DNA of 64,000 nucleotides from Selaginella moellendorffii (lineage: Eukaryota; Plantae; Lycopodiophyta): positions 536,666 to 600,665 of the forward strand of contig NW_003314270.1 of assembly GCF_000143415.4 (NCBI RefSeq), given 5' to 3'. Both the position numbers and the translations under genes were made by a program. Under the pieces are notes generated by a model, which was not told the origin of the DNA, ran no database searches, and was given only the letters and a program-made list of their open reading frames with translations. Positions within the stretch are counted from its first letter, which is position 1, and the number at the start of each line of letters is the position of its first letter. Shown piece by piece: positions 10,296 through 22,536 of the stretch.

Positions 10296-12852
10296 GCGAG
10301 GAATTGCGTTCTTCTTCCAGCCACTATCAATGTGGATGCAGAGAAGGGGGAGGAGCTCATCAGTTGGACTTTCGGGATGGAAGGCGAGGATCTGAGGCTG
10401 TACAACACAGATGGTGGGAGAAAAGAATGCATGGGGATCCTCATCCAAGTGACAGACACTCCATGCAATTCCATGCAAGAATATGGACTGGCACTTGTGG
10501 TAGAGACAGCGTCCGCCTTCAAGATCCACCTTGCACATCCTAGCGGCTTCCCGGAGGGGGGCAGCGGCTATGAGGAATTCCTAGAGGGAGCTAGGGAGAG
10601 GTTGTCCAGGAGGCCCACAATTTCAAAGACGCTGCGGGACTATGAAGATCACATGGAATCCATGGACCTCACCTACGGCGATGTTCAAAAACTATATTCC
10701 AACATTGAGCCATTGAGAGTGCCTCCAGTTCGCGAAGCGAAGGGGAAGGGGGTCGATCTGGAAACTACCCCGAAGCAGAAAAGGGTGGTCAAGCTCAAGC
10801 CGACGTCCGACTCTCCTGCTCCAAAAAAGAAGCTACTCGGTGATGCCATTGCCTCGGGTTTGAACACTACACCCACCAAAAAGAAGAGCCACAAAGAGCA
10901 GAAAGAGCAAGAAGAGGCAGCAAAAATCGTCGCAGATAATAGTACTTGTTACTATTCCAACAAAGTATATACAATCAACGTGAGCCGTATCGACATCCAA
11001 AGCAAATACAACCACATGCTAGTATTTGATGAGTGGGTGGAGAAACTGAAGCAGAAGATGCTAGCAAGTCCAGTAACACTCGACATCGCAAACGTGATCC
11101 CCTACTACCGAACAATGAAGGGCGAGACGAGGTTTCCAGACTTGATCAATAGGAAGGTGTTGGACGATCAGAACATCTGGTTCTATACCGTCTCCGGGCA
11201 GCATTCTAGCTTGGCAATGCAAGAGATAGTTGTGGATATTATGGTGGGTGAGGAGGTGAAGAAAGTCTTCAAGACAAGAGTTGTCCGCCTGATAAAAGGC
11301 AACTCGCCCCTCCGATCTATCATATACATCTCCCACGCGCAGAATGTCAAGCAAGAAACGTGTTACAAATCGGGTCTGCACGAGACATTGGCACGAACAC
11401 GGAAGCTCTGGGTTCAACTGAAGAAGCCACAAAAACCAAGACAAGGACGTGCACTAGCAACTAGCGCTTGGCAGGTAAGCCTCGTTGCATGTGGCATAGC
11501 ATGTGGCCTTACGCCATTTCCATTGCAGGAATTCTCGAGTCTTCTCTCGAAAACACTGGGGGTCAATGACACACTCAACATCCATAACATTCTACTCGCG
11601 ACAAAAGTTGTTTTTGACAAATGGGTAGATGTGCTGAGGAGGTACCATGATGGGGAGTTGCTAAACTCAATGGGTGTGGAGGACGGCCGGAAGCCCAATG
11701 ATTTGAAGCTCAACGCCTTGCGTTTCTCGCTGTCTCTAGACGACGATGACCTTCTGACAGTGGCTAATGCTCTTCTACGTGGTGAGGTAGTCTTCAACAA
11801 GACCAAAATGACTCCCGGCCATATTGTGACATACGAGGACTTGTGCACGACTCTGAGAGCTCGTGCACTATTGAAGGATTGGATCCTCGAGCAAGTGGCC
11901 GTGGAGAGGGTGAGCATCAACACTACGCAAGAGATGATGGAAGAGCTGGAGTTGTCAAATGAAGACATTAACGAGTACGTGAAGGGGGCCCCCAAGTTCA
12001 TCGATCTGCTGCGGGATGCCACGAAAAGTAAAGCTGAGAAGTTGGATCAGTATCCAAATTTCATTAAGAGGGATGTCGACCGCCGGCTTCAGAAACAGCT
12101 CGACCCCGCAGCAGAGGCCTATCGAGAACCTTACCGGGTATACGTGAATTCGAATGAGGATCAAAGGTGGAGGAGCATCGTTTCCCGCGGAGATGAGCAG
12201 GTCAAGAACATCTTTTGTGTGATGGACTTCACAAATGAGGAGATCACTCATGCAGACGAAGTCAGCTCCATCATTGACTTAATGGTGGGACTTGCGGAGG
12301 TGGAATCTTCAGTCCACTATATGATCTACGACTCCGAATCCTATCACAAGTTCTGGAAAGCCTTGAACGAGGTGAAGGCTCAGTTGAAAGGCAAGGAGAT
12401 GCGGGAGATCCATGGGATAATGGTTAAGAAGAAGATACCGACGAATGTCTGCATCTTCACACTCGCCCTTGTTATTGGTCCTGCAGCAGAGTGGGACTGG
12501 AGTGACTTCTCAGCTTCGTTCGACAAGGCCAATCGAATTGATCTGAGGGAGGTCAATTTACCCGTGCCTGAGGAACTGAAGACGGCTATGGAGCTTTTGA
12601 ATCCAGAGAAAGCTCCAGGTGCAGCATGGGAAATGCTCAGCTGGGTCTTCAACGCAATAGCGGGTGGGTCACCTGCTTCCGACTCCAAGGGCAAATGCAT
12701 TGTCGAGTACAACTGCGGCGGACTATTCTTTCGAGCCGCACTACTCAAGGGTGTCCCGTGTGTAGCGGTGACAAACTCCATTGAAGAGGTGACTTCAATG
12801 GAGCATATAATTACAGTTGCCAAAGAAAAACAGTATCTTCTCTGCGAACCTG
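10296..12852 (+). CDS. N-terminal exons: ParB/Srx-like domain (FYTVSGQHSSLA...ISHAQN) and beta-class MTase-like domain (NPEKAPG...GKCIVEYNCGGLFFRAALLKGVPCVAV)
   Basis: 864-aa ORF 10275-12869 containing an in-frame 54-nt intron (11475-11528). Motif resemblance to ParB-N G-x-H/R and to the PF01555 order HPxxKP...VLDPFxGSG..AA...GR; no DPPY/SPPY (MDFT at that position). Confidence 0.6.
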
Positions 12853-14074
12853 GTGAGTACGCACTTTAAGTTTAAATGTTATGTCACAAGCTCTGTATGC
12901 AGGAGCGTGGCCACCCCCAGATGCTGAAACGGCGTTAACAGCTACTGTTGAAGATACCCATGTTGGGCCGAGCTCACAACCTGCACAAGGTAAGGTCACG
13001 TGAGGCCTCACGCCATTTTGATTATAGATCGTTGTGAATATTCAGACATGAGGATTGAAAAGCACACTGGTGGCGTGTGTAAGAGACTAAATTTTCCATT
13101 TTACTTTAGTCACTTAACCACATGTCTGACCACTTGGAGGAGTCTCATTGACAACCTCCATAAGTCCAACTCAGGACTTGGGGCTTGCTAGCCCTGAGAA
13201 TGGCATCCATGCCACTCAACCTTAGCACTTGGTCCAAGTGCTCCACGTGTCCGATCCCATGATCGACACCCCAAGGTATCACCGACGTACCGGCCCGTTA
13301 CGCTAAGGCCATGCCCATTTACCTTGGTCACACTAGTGGTCCAACACCACTTGCATCTCCGTCTTGGCCCTCCAAGACTAGGCAAACCATCCGTGAGTGG
13401 TCATCTCAGATCCACTCCTTAGCATCCTTAGGATGCCCACCGACAAGGGGAATAGCCTTCCCCAATATCCCTCTGTCAGTCCCCACTAAGTCCCTTTCTG
13501 CCCCTGGCCGTGTTTGCCAACACTGCCACTGGATCGAGACCCACAGGCCCGACCACTTAGTCCTACGGTCCTCTAGGACTTCCTCACCACACGACTGTGT
13601 CCTTGGTCACTACCCCAGAGGACTGCTCCTCTTCCTTTCCACAGTCTGGGCCTTTGGGACAACATTTCGGAACACCGTGGCCTTACGCGAGCCACCTAGG
13701 TACTCTCCTCGCCTTCTGCCCTTGGGTGCTCTAGCCATGGGCTTAGAGCGGGTTCCATTGAGCCACACCAGGTATCCAAGTAGGTAGTGCCACCCACACT
13801 TGGACTAGGAGCATCGGCCAGTCGATCTCCCGGGGGAACTAGAGCCGGCTCTTGAACACTTCACCAAGCTACCCCGCTTGTCGGTCCGTGTTCACTCTAG
13901 TCTTGGACTTCCCAGTGGGCATCTCATCACCCAACACTGGGTCCGGCCTTCCTGGGCCAAACTGGCCTTTCCTGGCCAAACTGGCTCCACTGCAGTCCTC
14001 CCCCTACTATACTTTTGGAGCTCACCAAACCCCCCAGGGTCTGGGAGACGAACGCTTTGGGCTTTCACCCTCTC

Positions 14075-14556
14075 AGGCTCCGGACTCGGACTCGGACTCG
14101 GACTCGGATTCGGACTCGGACTCGGACTCGGGCTTGGGCTCGGTCTCGGCCTTGGTCTCGGTCTCGGTCCCGATCTCGGTCTCAGTCTCGGTCCCGATCT
14201 CGGTCCCGGTCTCGATCTCGACTTCGGACTCCATCTCGGACTCCATCTCGGACTCCATCTCGGGTCCATCTCGGGTCCATCTCGGGTCCATCTCGGACTC
14301 CATCTCGGACTGCATTTCGGGTCCATCTCGGACTCCATTTCGGGTCCATCTCGGGTCCACCTCAGACTCCACCTCGGACTCCATCTCGGACTCCATCCCG
14401 GGTCCATCTCGGACTCCACTTCGGACTCCAACTCGGGTCCATCTCGGGTCCACCTCGGACTCCATCTCGGACTCCATCTCGGGTCCATCTCGGACTCCAC
14501 TTTGGACTCCAACTCGGGTCCATCTCGGGTCCACCTCGGACTCCATCTCGGACTCC
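14075..14556. repeat. Compound micro/minisatellite inside B LTR: (GGACTC)n, (GGTCTC)n, then 11/12-mers GGACTCCATCTC / GGGTCCATCTC
   Basis: Read directly. Repeated at about 19842-20452, 37636-38116 and 43433-43891 with different unit numbers. Confidence 0.95.
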
Positions 14557-16250
14557 CACGTGTCATGTGTTGGTCCTTTTGGGTCCCTTTTTGGAGCCTC
14601 ACCTTTTGCTCGCTTCGTGCTCGTTCCTCGAGCACTTTGTTGGGAGTTCTACTCCCGCTCTTGATTTTTCAAGTCGGAGCTTTTGGTCCAAACGTGTTAC
14701 GCTCGTTTGGCTCTCGCTTCGGCCACTACTATGTGGCGCCCTTCCGGCTCCACTTTGGGGCCTAGGGATTTTGTGTCTCACAACTCCACCACCCATAGAC
14801 GAAGTTCGATGTCCTCATCGAACGGTAAACCCTTTCATAAAGTAACACCCACACGTGTTACCATTTCCATCCTTGGCACCTAGCCAATCTTTGTCTATGG
14901 TTTGACATCAAAGGCTCACCATGCCTTGTCCATCCTTTAAGGAGCGTAGTCTCTCCAACTTAGAGACTGATTGGACCATATGTAATGGTTCTCTCCTTTT
15001 ATTGGTTTAGTTCTCACTAAACCTTTTAGAGACCCTTCTCTAAGTCAATCCCACTACTCCTTCTCGAGTAGTCTCAATTTCCATCGATATATAACCTTTG
15101 CACTTTGGAACTTTGAATTTTGACTTCTTGGAGTCAATTTCCTAGGTGTCTCCAACACCTTGCATTGCACAGTTTGTGCGACTCCACTTCCCTATCCTAG
15201 GAAGTTCATTACTTGAGGGCACCATCATCCTCTCTTCTATTTCGTGCCACCTTGGGCACTAAGTTCCATTTATCACACTTTGTGCTAGGGTTGTCCATCG
15301 CCCTATCATTTGGCTACCTTACCGCTCCCTCCCTTGGAGCTTCCACTTTCGCCAAATCGGAGTAATTTGGAATCCCTCCTTGGAAACACACTTCCTTTCC
15401 CGCAACTTGTTAGCGTCCAACACATTAGTGTTCCTCGCCTAACTTTGTCACTTGGATTCCTTCCAAAGGATTCCACGGCCCTATCTTGGCCACTCATCTT
15501 TTGCTCCTATCCGTTGATTGTTGCACGAAGAAACATCGAATCTCTACCTCCCTCCTTGAGGTATTGTTTCGGTTCCATAGCAAAGACTCTTCTTTGCCAA
15601 GTCCGGAGGATGTTCACCCCTAGTACGTCTCTTTAGCATCTTCTGCTATGGGCTCTATCCACGGCCCAACTTCGTGACCCTCCCATGGGTCTTTTATAGA
15701 GACTACTTTCCTCGGACTCACTATGCCATCGCACGGACATAGTTTATTTCCCTTAGGTGCTCTTCCCACTTGGTTATTACGACCAAGCCACACCACCTTA
15801 AACAGTTCAATTTCAACATTTTGAACCAGGAGCTTCATTCCTTAGCCAACCAAGGACCTTGTCCTTTTCTGGCCATAAGATCACCTAGTGATCTCACCTT
15901 GGCACCTTAACAGAGTTGCCAAGAGGTACTTGGGTTTCTAGACCTCCAAGTTGTTGACTATAACCCCGGGGGCATCCCCCACACTTGGCGGTGCACCCAA
16001 GCTAGCCCTTACGGCCAAGGGTTCATAGCAACTGAGATTAGGTGTCCCCATCTCACTCACCACGACCTTGGTGCCACTTGCACCAAAGTGTTCAAGTTAG
16101 ATATGCTGAGCTTTCACACTAAGCAATCTAACTGTGCATCACGACTCCGAGGCATCCCTCGCTTGGCGGTGTGCCCAAACCAGTCTCCCCACTGAGAGTC
16201 CATGACCACCGAAATATGAGTGTCCTCATATTCCAAACCATCACCACGCC

Positions 16251-16365
16251 CTAGTGATTTGGGACTCGAACCCAAGCACTAGAGGGTCGGGACTCGAACC
16301 CAACCTCCGTATATGCATCTACGGACGGCATCACACTAGATGCCTGGCGTGACTCCCCACGCCGG
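16251..16365 (-). ncRNA. Structured RNA module: five consecutive stem-loops, two of them tRNA T-arm/B-box mimics (GGG-TTCGAGT-CCC)
   Basis: Minus strand: GGCGTG-N6-CACGCC, GGCATC-N6-GATGCC, TCCGTA-N8-TACGGA, GGTTGGG-TTCGAGT-CCCGACC, CTAGTG.TTGGG-TTCGAGT-CCCAA..CACTAG. Also in B2 (about 39844-39958) and decayed in D (about 58670-58766). Confidence 0.55.
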
Positions 16366-19300
16366 TGCACCAACCTCTTTTTAAAGCGCACTACAGATCA
16401 CAGCTTAGGAACCTAGTTCCTCCACACTGCCAAGTCCTCTCACTTGACATGTCTGTGATCATGCATGGACTCCTCCATGCTCGGCCCCCTGGCCCACCCT
16501 TTTTGAAGATATCACCTTCAACTAGGGTCTTTGTTCCCCCGACGTGCCAATCTCACTTGGCAAGTCCTCCGACCATTGTAACATGGTTCCTGCATAAGCG
16601 TGAAAGTCCTTGACCATCGACTTTCGTTCAAAGCCCTTTCTTTGAACACTCGGGAACTACTTCCCTAACCTTGATAACCTTGCCTCATGGCAAGCTTCAA
16701 GACCACGCTTCTGCTGCGCCACTCTGATTTTGCGCGTTCCATGAACCATTTACACTTGGCCTTTCTAGGTACTACGCTACCTAGAATCGTCTTTGGGAAC
16801 CTTGAAGGAACTCTGTCCCTCAGCTTGCTAAGGCCTCCCCTTTCGCAAGCTTTATAGTTGCCATATAGTCTAACATGGACAATTCCATATTTTAGACTCT
16901 CCATGGCATCATGGTTGCTAACAACAACATCCTCGAGCACTCTCTTTATTCTCCACTCCCAACTTTCATAACCACTGTTGGATATGCCCTTTGATTCCTA
17001 TGGTTCAGTTCCATCCCAACACTACTTGCCTTTGGCTTCACACCTTTCCTTCGGTCATTCTCCTCCAGACCAGGAGGATAGCTTTGCACTTTCTATCATG
17101 CCTTAGCAAGTATTCTTAGGGATGAACCTACCCAATAGCCCAAGGAGTGGTTCCTCAATCCGGGTATGCTCAGCTTATAATCCCACACACTGGGGTTACA
17201 TTGTTGCTTATGGGCCTTTACATGCCCATCACTAGCCTTGCCAAAATTCCAATTTTGGCTTTGTCCAACTTGGGTAGACAGTCCTCTCCTATCTTCGCAA
17301 CCTTGAACATTTGGATAGCACCTTCTATCCATCATTCACTAGGGACTTAGTCCCTTGGGCTTTATCCATTGCCCTCGCAACATCAAACACCACCTTCTGG
17401 TGTTCTAAAGTGTTCAGGTGTCCCAATGATGGCTTTCTTGACAATGAGTATTTCCTTTTATGACATTGACTTACTATATCGCAACATAAGCAACTTATCC
17501 CCCGTAAGGGTATATCCGACTTCCCTATACTAGAAGTCTTGGGTAGCTACCTTCTACCCGTTTAACCAGTTATTTTGCACCTCTTGCTTAGTTGCCTCAT
17601 AGTTGTCAAGTCCTACAACTCATTGCTTGGTGCTTTCACACCTCCATCACTATCTGGGTCACCACACTCCAACTGCATGCTCTACAGCTTAGGCTATGCC
17701 ATTCCCATTTCCATTGGGATTCCTTTGGCAAGGGGTTCTCATGAACCCACCAACATAGCCTCAAGGTATCACACCTTGGCACATTTGGTGTCTCCACACC
17801 ATCGGCTCCACGAGCCTACCTCTATGACATTTCCCTTCGTGTCTAAGTCTTTGCCAAGACCAACACCGCTCTTTCTCATGCCAACCATCCGTTAGCACTG
17901 CCCCATAGAGGTCACACACAACTTTATGTCAAAGTTGTTTTCTTCTGGGAACACCTTTCCCATAACTTTAGCATGGCACATTTTGCCATTGATGAGATAC
18001 TCTCTATTCTCATCCTTGGATCCTATGATCCCCCCCCATCCTTTGTGGGGTACAACGCACCTCAGTCCAAATGCTTCATTCAGTCCTTTTTAGGACCATC
18101 CCTTGACTCTACTTGAGTCGTCTAGCAGTTTTGGACTTGGTTAATCCACCGACCCGTAAGGTCCTACTTGTGAGGCACTAGCTCACTGGAATACACATCT
18201 TGCATTCCGGTCCTACTCAAAAGGACTATTTTCACAAGTGTTACTCCGACACTTGATTTTGTTCTCTGGGGGCAACCTTTGCCCCTTAGGACTACTTGTC
18301 CATGTGATGAGAATACCAACTCATCCACTTAATACACCCCCAACTCCTTGGGTTGTTCCAGCATTTATTAGAGGTAACCCCGGCTACCATTTCAAGGACT
18401 TGAGTCCTCTTCCGTATTTGACCTTCCACGGTCATTACCTTTGGTCTCACATTCATGAGCACCAACCTCAACTATATGAGGATAATCTTGTGACTCCTTT
18501 ATTGTTTTGGAGTCTCTATCTTTCCCGTGATCCCAACTTTAGTTGTTTACCACAACAACCTAAGACAATTTGCTGAGACAAATGCTCATCTGGATCACAT
18601 CCTCAACTCAATGAGGAAAACCTTGCACTGTTCCCAAGATCCCAAAGTCGTTCCATTATTGGCCCTTTTCTATCCACCACCTCGTCTACAAGTTCACACA
18701 TGAACTGTAATGGAGAGCCATGTCTTCCAGACTTGCTACTCCTCAAGGATAGGCCCACTCCTCGGACCTTCCGATGCCAACACTAGTGGTGATATACTTG
18801 AGCACCAATAAAAGTCGGACTAAGGAACAGCTCCGATACCAAATTGTAAGAGACTAAATTTTCCATTTTACTTTAGTCACTTAACCACATGTCTGACCAC
18901 TTGGAGGAGTCTCATTGACAACCTCCATAAGTCCAACTCAGGACTTGGGGCTTGCTAGCCCTGAGAATGGCATCCATGCCACTCAACCTTAGCACTTGGT
19001 CCAAGTGCTCCACGTGTCCGATCCCATGATCGACACCCCAAGGTATCACCGACGTACCGGCCCGTTACGCTAAGGCCATGCCCATTTACCTTGGTCACAC
19101 TAGTGGTCCAACACCACTTGCATCTCCGTCTTGGCCCTCCAAGACTAGGCAAACCATCCGTGAGTGGTCATCTCAGATCCACTCCTTAGCATCCTTAGGA
19201 TGCCCACCGACAAGGGGAATAGCCTTCCCCAATATCCCTCTGTCAGTCCCCACTAAGTCCCTTTCTGCCCCTGGCCGTGTTTGCCAACACTGCCACTGGA

Positions 19301-21145
19301 TCGAGACCCACAGGCCCGACCACTTAGTCCTACGGTCCTCTAGGACTTCCTCACCACACGACTGTGTCCTTGGTCACTACCCCAGAGGACTGCTCCTCTT
19401 CCTTTCCACAGTCTGGGCCTTTGGGACAACATTTCGGAACACCGTGGCCTTACGCGAGCCACCTAGGTACTCTCCTCGCCTTCTGCCCTTGGGTGCTCTA
19501 GCCATGGGCTTAGAGCGGGTTCCATTGAGCCACACCAGGTATCCAAGTAGGTAGTGCCACCCACACTTGGACTAGGAGCATCGGCCAGTCGATCTCCCGG
19601 GGGAACTAGAGCCGGCTCTTGAACACTTCACCAAGCTACCCCGCTTGTCGGTCCGTGTTCACTCTAGTCTTGGACTTCCCAGTGGGCATCTCATCACCCA
19701 ACACTGGGTCCGGCCTTCCTGGGCCAAACTGGCCTTTCCTGGCCAAACTGGCTCCACTGCAGTCCTCCCCCTACTATACTTTTGGAGCTCACCAAACCCC
19801 CCAGGGTCTGGGAGACGAACGCTTTGGGCTTTCACCCTCTCAGGCTCCGGACTCGGACTCGGACTCGGACTCGGATTCGGACTCGGACTCCGACTCGGGC
19901 TCGGGCTCGGTCTCGGCCTCGGTCTCGGTCTCGGTCCCGATCTCGGTCTCGGTCTCGGTCCCGATCTCGGTCCCGGTCTCAATCTCGACTTCGGACTCCA
20001 TCTCGGACTCCATCTCGGACTCCATCTCGGGTCCATCTCGGGTCCATCTCGGACTCCATCTCGGACTCCATCTCGGGTCCATCTCGGACTCCATCTCGGA
20101 CTGCATTTCGGGTCCATCTCGGACTCCATTTCGGGTCCATCTCGGGTCCACCTCGGACTCCACCTCGGACTCCATCTCGGACTCCATCCCGGGTCCATCT
20201 CGGACTCCACTTCGGACTCCAACTCGGGTCCATCTCGGGTCCACCTCGGACTCCATCTCGGACTCCATCTCGGACTCCATCTCGGGTCCATCTCGGACTC
20301 CACTTTGGACTCCAACTCGGGTCCATCTCGGGTCCACCTCGGACTCCATCTCGGACTCCATCTCGGACTCCATCTCGGGTCCATCTCGGACTCCACTTTG
20401 GACTCCAACTCGGGTCCATCTCGGGTCCACCTCGGACTCCATCTCGGACTCCCACGTGTCATGTGTTGGTCCTTTTGGGTCCCTTTTTGGAGCCTCACCT
20501 TTTGCTCGCTTCGTGCTCGTTCCTCGAGCACTTTGTTGGGAGTTCTACTCCCGCTCTTGACTTTTCAAGTCGGAGCTTTTGGTCCAAACGTGTTACGCTC
20601 GTTTGGCTCTCGCTTCGGCCACTACTATGTGGCGCCCTTCCGGCTCCACTTTGGGGCCTAGGGATTTTGTGTCTCACAGCGTGTCGAAGAAGGACAAACA
20701 GACAAGCAATAGGAAAAAAGGAGGTACAAATTATATTTGCAATGGCGTGTGGTCTCATGCCATTCCTTGCAGGAGACATTTCTTCAAAGGCAAAACAGGC
20801 AAGCACCAGCCAAGCTCAAACTGACAGTGGTCATAAAAAGCGAAAGCACTTTGGATAGTCGTCGGGATCAGAGGCGTTTGATTAGAAAAGGAAGAAGGGC
20901 AATGAAAAGATGATAGGTAATGCCTCACGGTTATGGCATGTGTGCTCATGCCATTCATTGCAGATCAAGGGCTGAGTGAAAGCAGCCAGTCACCACCTCC
21001 TGACTCAGATTCCTATGGCGGACTCCCCTTCCCCAATCTCAATGGAGAGGTACAATGGATGAGGGATGTTTTTCAAGTCAGGGCCACGTTTTTCTCATCT
21101 CGTCGTCTTCGAAGGGTGTGTCAGGAATCCCCCAATTCTTGCCAC

Positions 21146-21248
21146 ATTCCTGACTCTCGAGACACTTCGCTATTCCTGACTCTCGAGACACTTTCCTATT
21201 CCTGACTCTCGAGACACTTCCCGATTCCTGAGTCTCGAGCCACATTCT
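21146..21248 (+). repeat. 26-bp tandem repeat (ATTCCTGACTCTCGAGACACTT....) x3 plus a variant, in U3 of C LTR
   Basis: Read directly; duplicated in the 3' LTR at about 26293-26395. Confidence 0.85.
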
Positions 21249-21469
21249 TGATGATGATGTGGTGCCTCCTCGACCTCAGCTATATTTAGGCCGTCCTCGA
21301 TCCAAGAGTGGTGGAGCTTCATCAACCTATAGTATATATAGGTTAGCCTTGTTCCATTTCTCCACAATCTGAATCAACACCAGTCTAAGGCTTCTTCTTT
21401 GTTTTCACTAGCTTTTTCTCTTTGTCTTTAGCATTTTCCAGTCTTGATCTTGTTGGGGGTCTTGACAGT

Positions 21470-21485
21470 TTGATTCAGATTGTGG
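21470..21485 (+). other. Self-priming PBS of element C
   Basis: TTGATTCAGATTGTGG is the exact reverse complement of LTR bases 21362-21377, which start about 22 nt after TATATATA (21333-21340). No TGG tRNA-type PBS is present. Confidence 0.8.
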
Positions 21486-21564
21486 TTTTTGCTTTTCTTT
21501 TAGCTCGCTTTGATTATTTGATTGCCTTTGTCTTTTTCCCCCTTTCTTTTCTTTCTTCTTGCCA

Positions 21565-22536
21565 ATGGAGTCTCCAAGCCATCCTGATTTCTTTGCTGAA
21601 GTCCTTGCAAAAATCCAGTCTGAGAATACCGAGCTGAAGGCGACCCTTCTTCGCACGCAGCAGGAGCTTGCTTCACTTTCAGCTCAAGGATCCAGCAAAG
21701 TTCCTGAACCGAAGGTGAGCTTCCCAGCGAAATTTTCAGGCAAGCGTTCGGAGCTTCACGGATTCCTGAACCAGATGGAGTTGATCTTCGCACTTCAACA
21801 TCGACAGTACCCTACTCCCGAGTCTCAAATCGGCGTGATTGGGACGTTGCTCGAAGGTGCAGCTTTGTCATGGTTTTCTCCTCTTCTGGAGAAGAGCATG
21901 AAAGGGGTCGTGGTTCCAGAGCTTTTGGATCTTCAATTGTTCAAAGAGAAGCTCGAAGCATGTTTTGGCGAGACGAATCGGGTTCGAGCTGCTACCACAA
22001 AGATGAGACGTCTCTCTCAGGGGTCTCGTCCTGCCTCGATCTACGCTGCAGAGTTCCAACTCCTTGCTTTGGACACTCAGTGGGATGAGCGGGCCCTGAT
22101 TGACCAATTTCGTTTCGGACTCAACAACGGTGTCAAGGATTTGTTGCTCACCATGGAGGATCCCAAGGACCTGTCGGATGCCATCAACAAAGCTGTTCGA
22201 TGTGACAATCGTCTCTTTGAACGTCGTCAGGAAAGTCGCCGCGCCGCTGTTTTTCCGTCCCAGACTCAGGAATCCCAGCTTGAGTCTTCGGGGCATACTC
22301 CTGAACCTACTGCTCCAGTTCCAATGGATATTTCTGGTACTCCCCGACTCATTAGAGGGAAGTTGAGTCCTGCTGAGAAGCAACGTCGAATATCTCATAA
22401 TCTTTGCTTCTATTGTGCTGATCCTAATCACAAAGCAGCTGTATGTCCCAAGAAGCCTCCTCGACTGCTCGAGTTCACTCTGCCTCAAAGTCCACCTCTA
22501 TTGCAGTCAGGAAACGACCTTGTCCAAACAGAGTAG
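21565..22536 (+). CDS. gag: Gag (retrotransposon capsid + CCHC zinc knuckle)
   Basis: PEPKVSFPAKFSG, LSQGSRPASIYAAEF, PMDI and CFYCADPNHKAAVC motifs. Confidence 0.93.
   Translation: MESPSHPDFFAEVLAKIQSENTELKATLLRTQQELASLSAQGSSKVPEPKVSFPAKFSGKRSELHGFLNQMELIFALQHRQYPTPESQIGVIGTLLEGAALSWFSPLLEKSMKGVVVPELLDLQLFKEKLEACFGETNRVRAATTKMRRLSQGSRPASIYAAEFQLLALDTQWDERALIDQFRFGLNNGVKDLLLTMEDPKDLSDAINKAVRCDNRLFERRQESRRAAVFPSQTQESQLESSGHTPEPTAPVPMDISGTPRLIRGKLSPAEKQRRISHNLCFYCADPNHKAAVCPKKPPRLLEFTLPQSPPLLQSGNDLVQTE

Larger units (their letters stand above)
13078..20678 (-). mobile_element. Family B copy B1: non-autonomous LTR retrotransposon; LTRs 13078-14782 and 18845-20678
   Basis: TGTAAG...TCTCACA LTRs with TSD GCGTG (13073-13077 / 20679-20683). 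PBS complement CTCCGATACCA at 18831-18841; PPT complement ACTCCACCACCC after 14782. No long coding ORF. Confidence 0.95.

Noticed and set aside
12190-12800. Calling the MTase-like domain an active 6mA/4mC methyltransferase
   Set aside because: No DPPY/SPPY/NPPY catalytic motif, and the FxGxG SAM motif is degenerate (YNCGG). Only fold-level resemblance is supportable.
11414-12823. Antisense ORFs of 147-202 aa opposite the 864-aa ORF
   Set aside because: Shadow ORFs of the sense coding region, with no independent motifs.
14230-14556. Repeat array that could be mistaken for a CRISPR array
   Set aside because: Contiguous 11-12-mers with no unique spacers, inside a eukaryotic LTR, and no cas genes.
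13852-14845. Long overlapping ORFs (SDSDSD, GLGLGL, RSRSRS, SPRW repeats) in all frames, repeated in the four B LTRs
   Set aside because: They arise from a stop-free minisatellite. They are open in all six frames and shift frame between copies.
16259-16305. Possible tRNA gene or tRNA-SINE
   Set aside because: Only T-arm-like hairpins. No convincing A-box/D-arm, acceptor stem, poly-A/T tail or TSD; kept as a structured-RNA finding.
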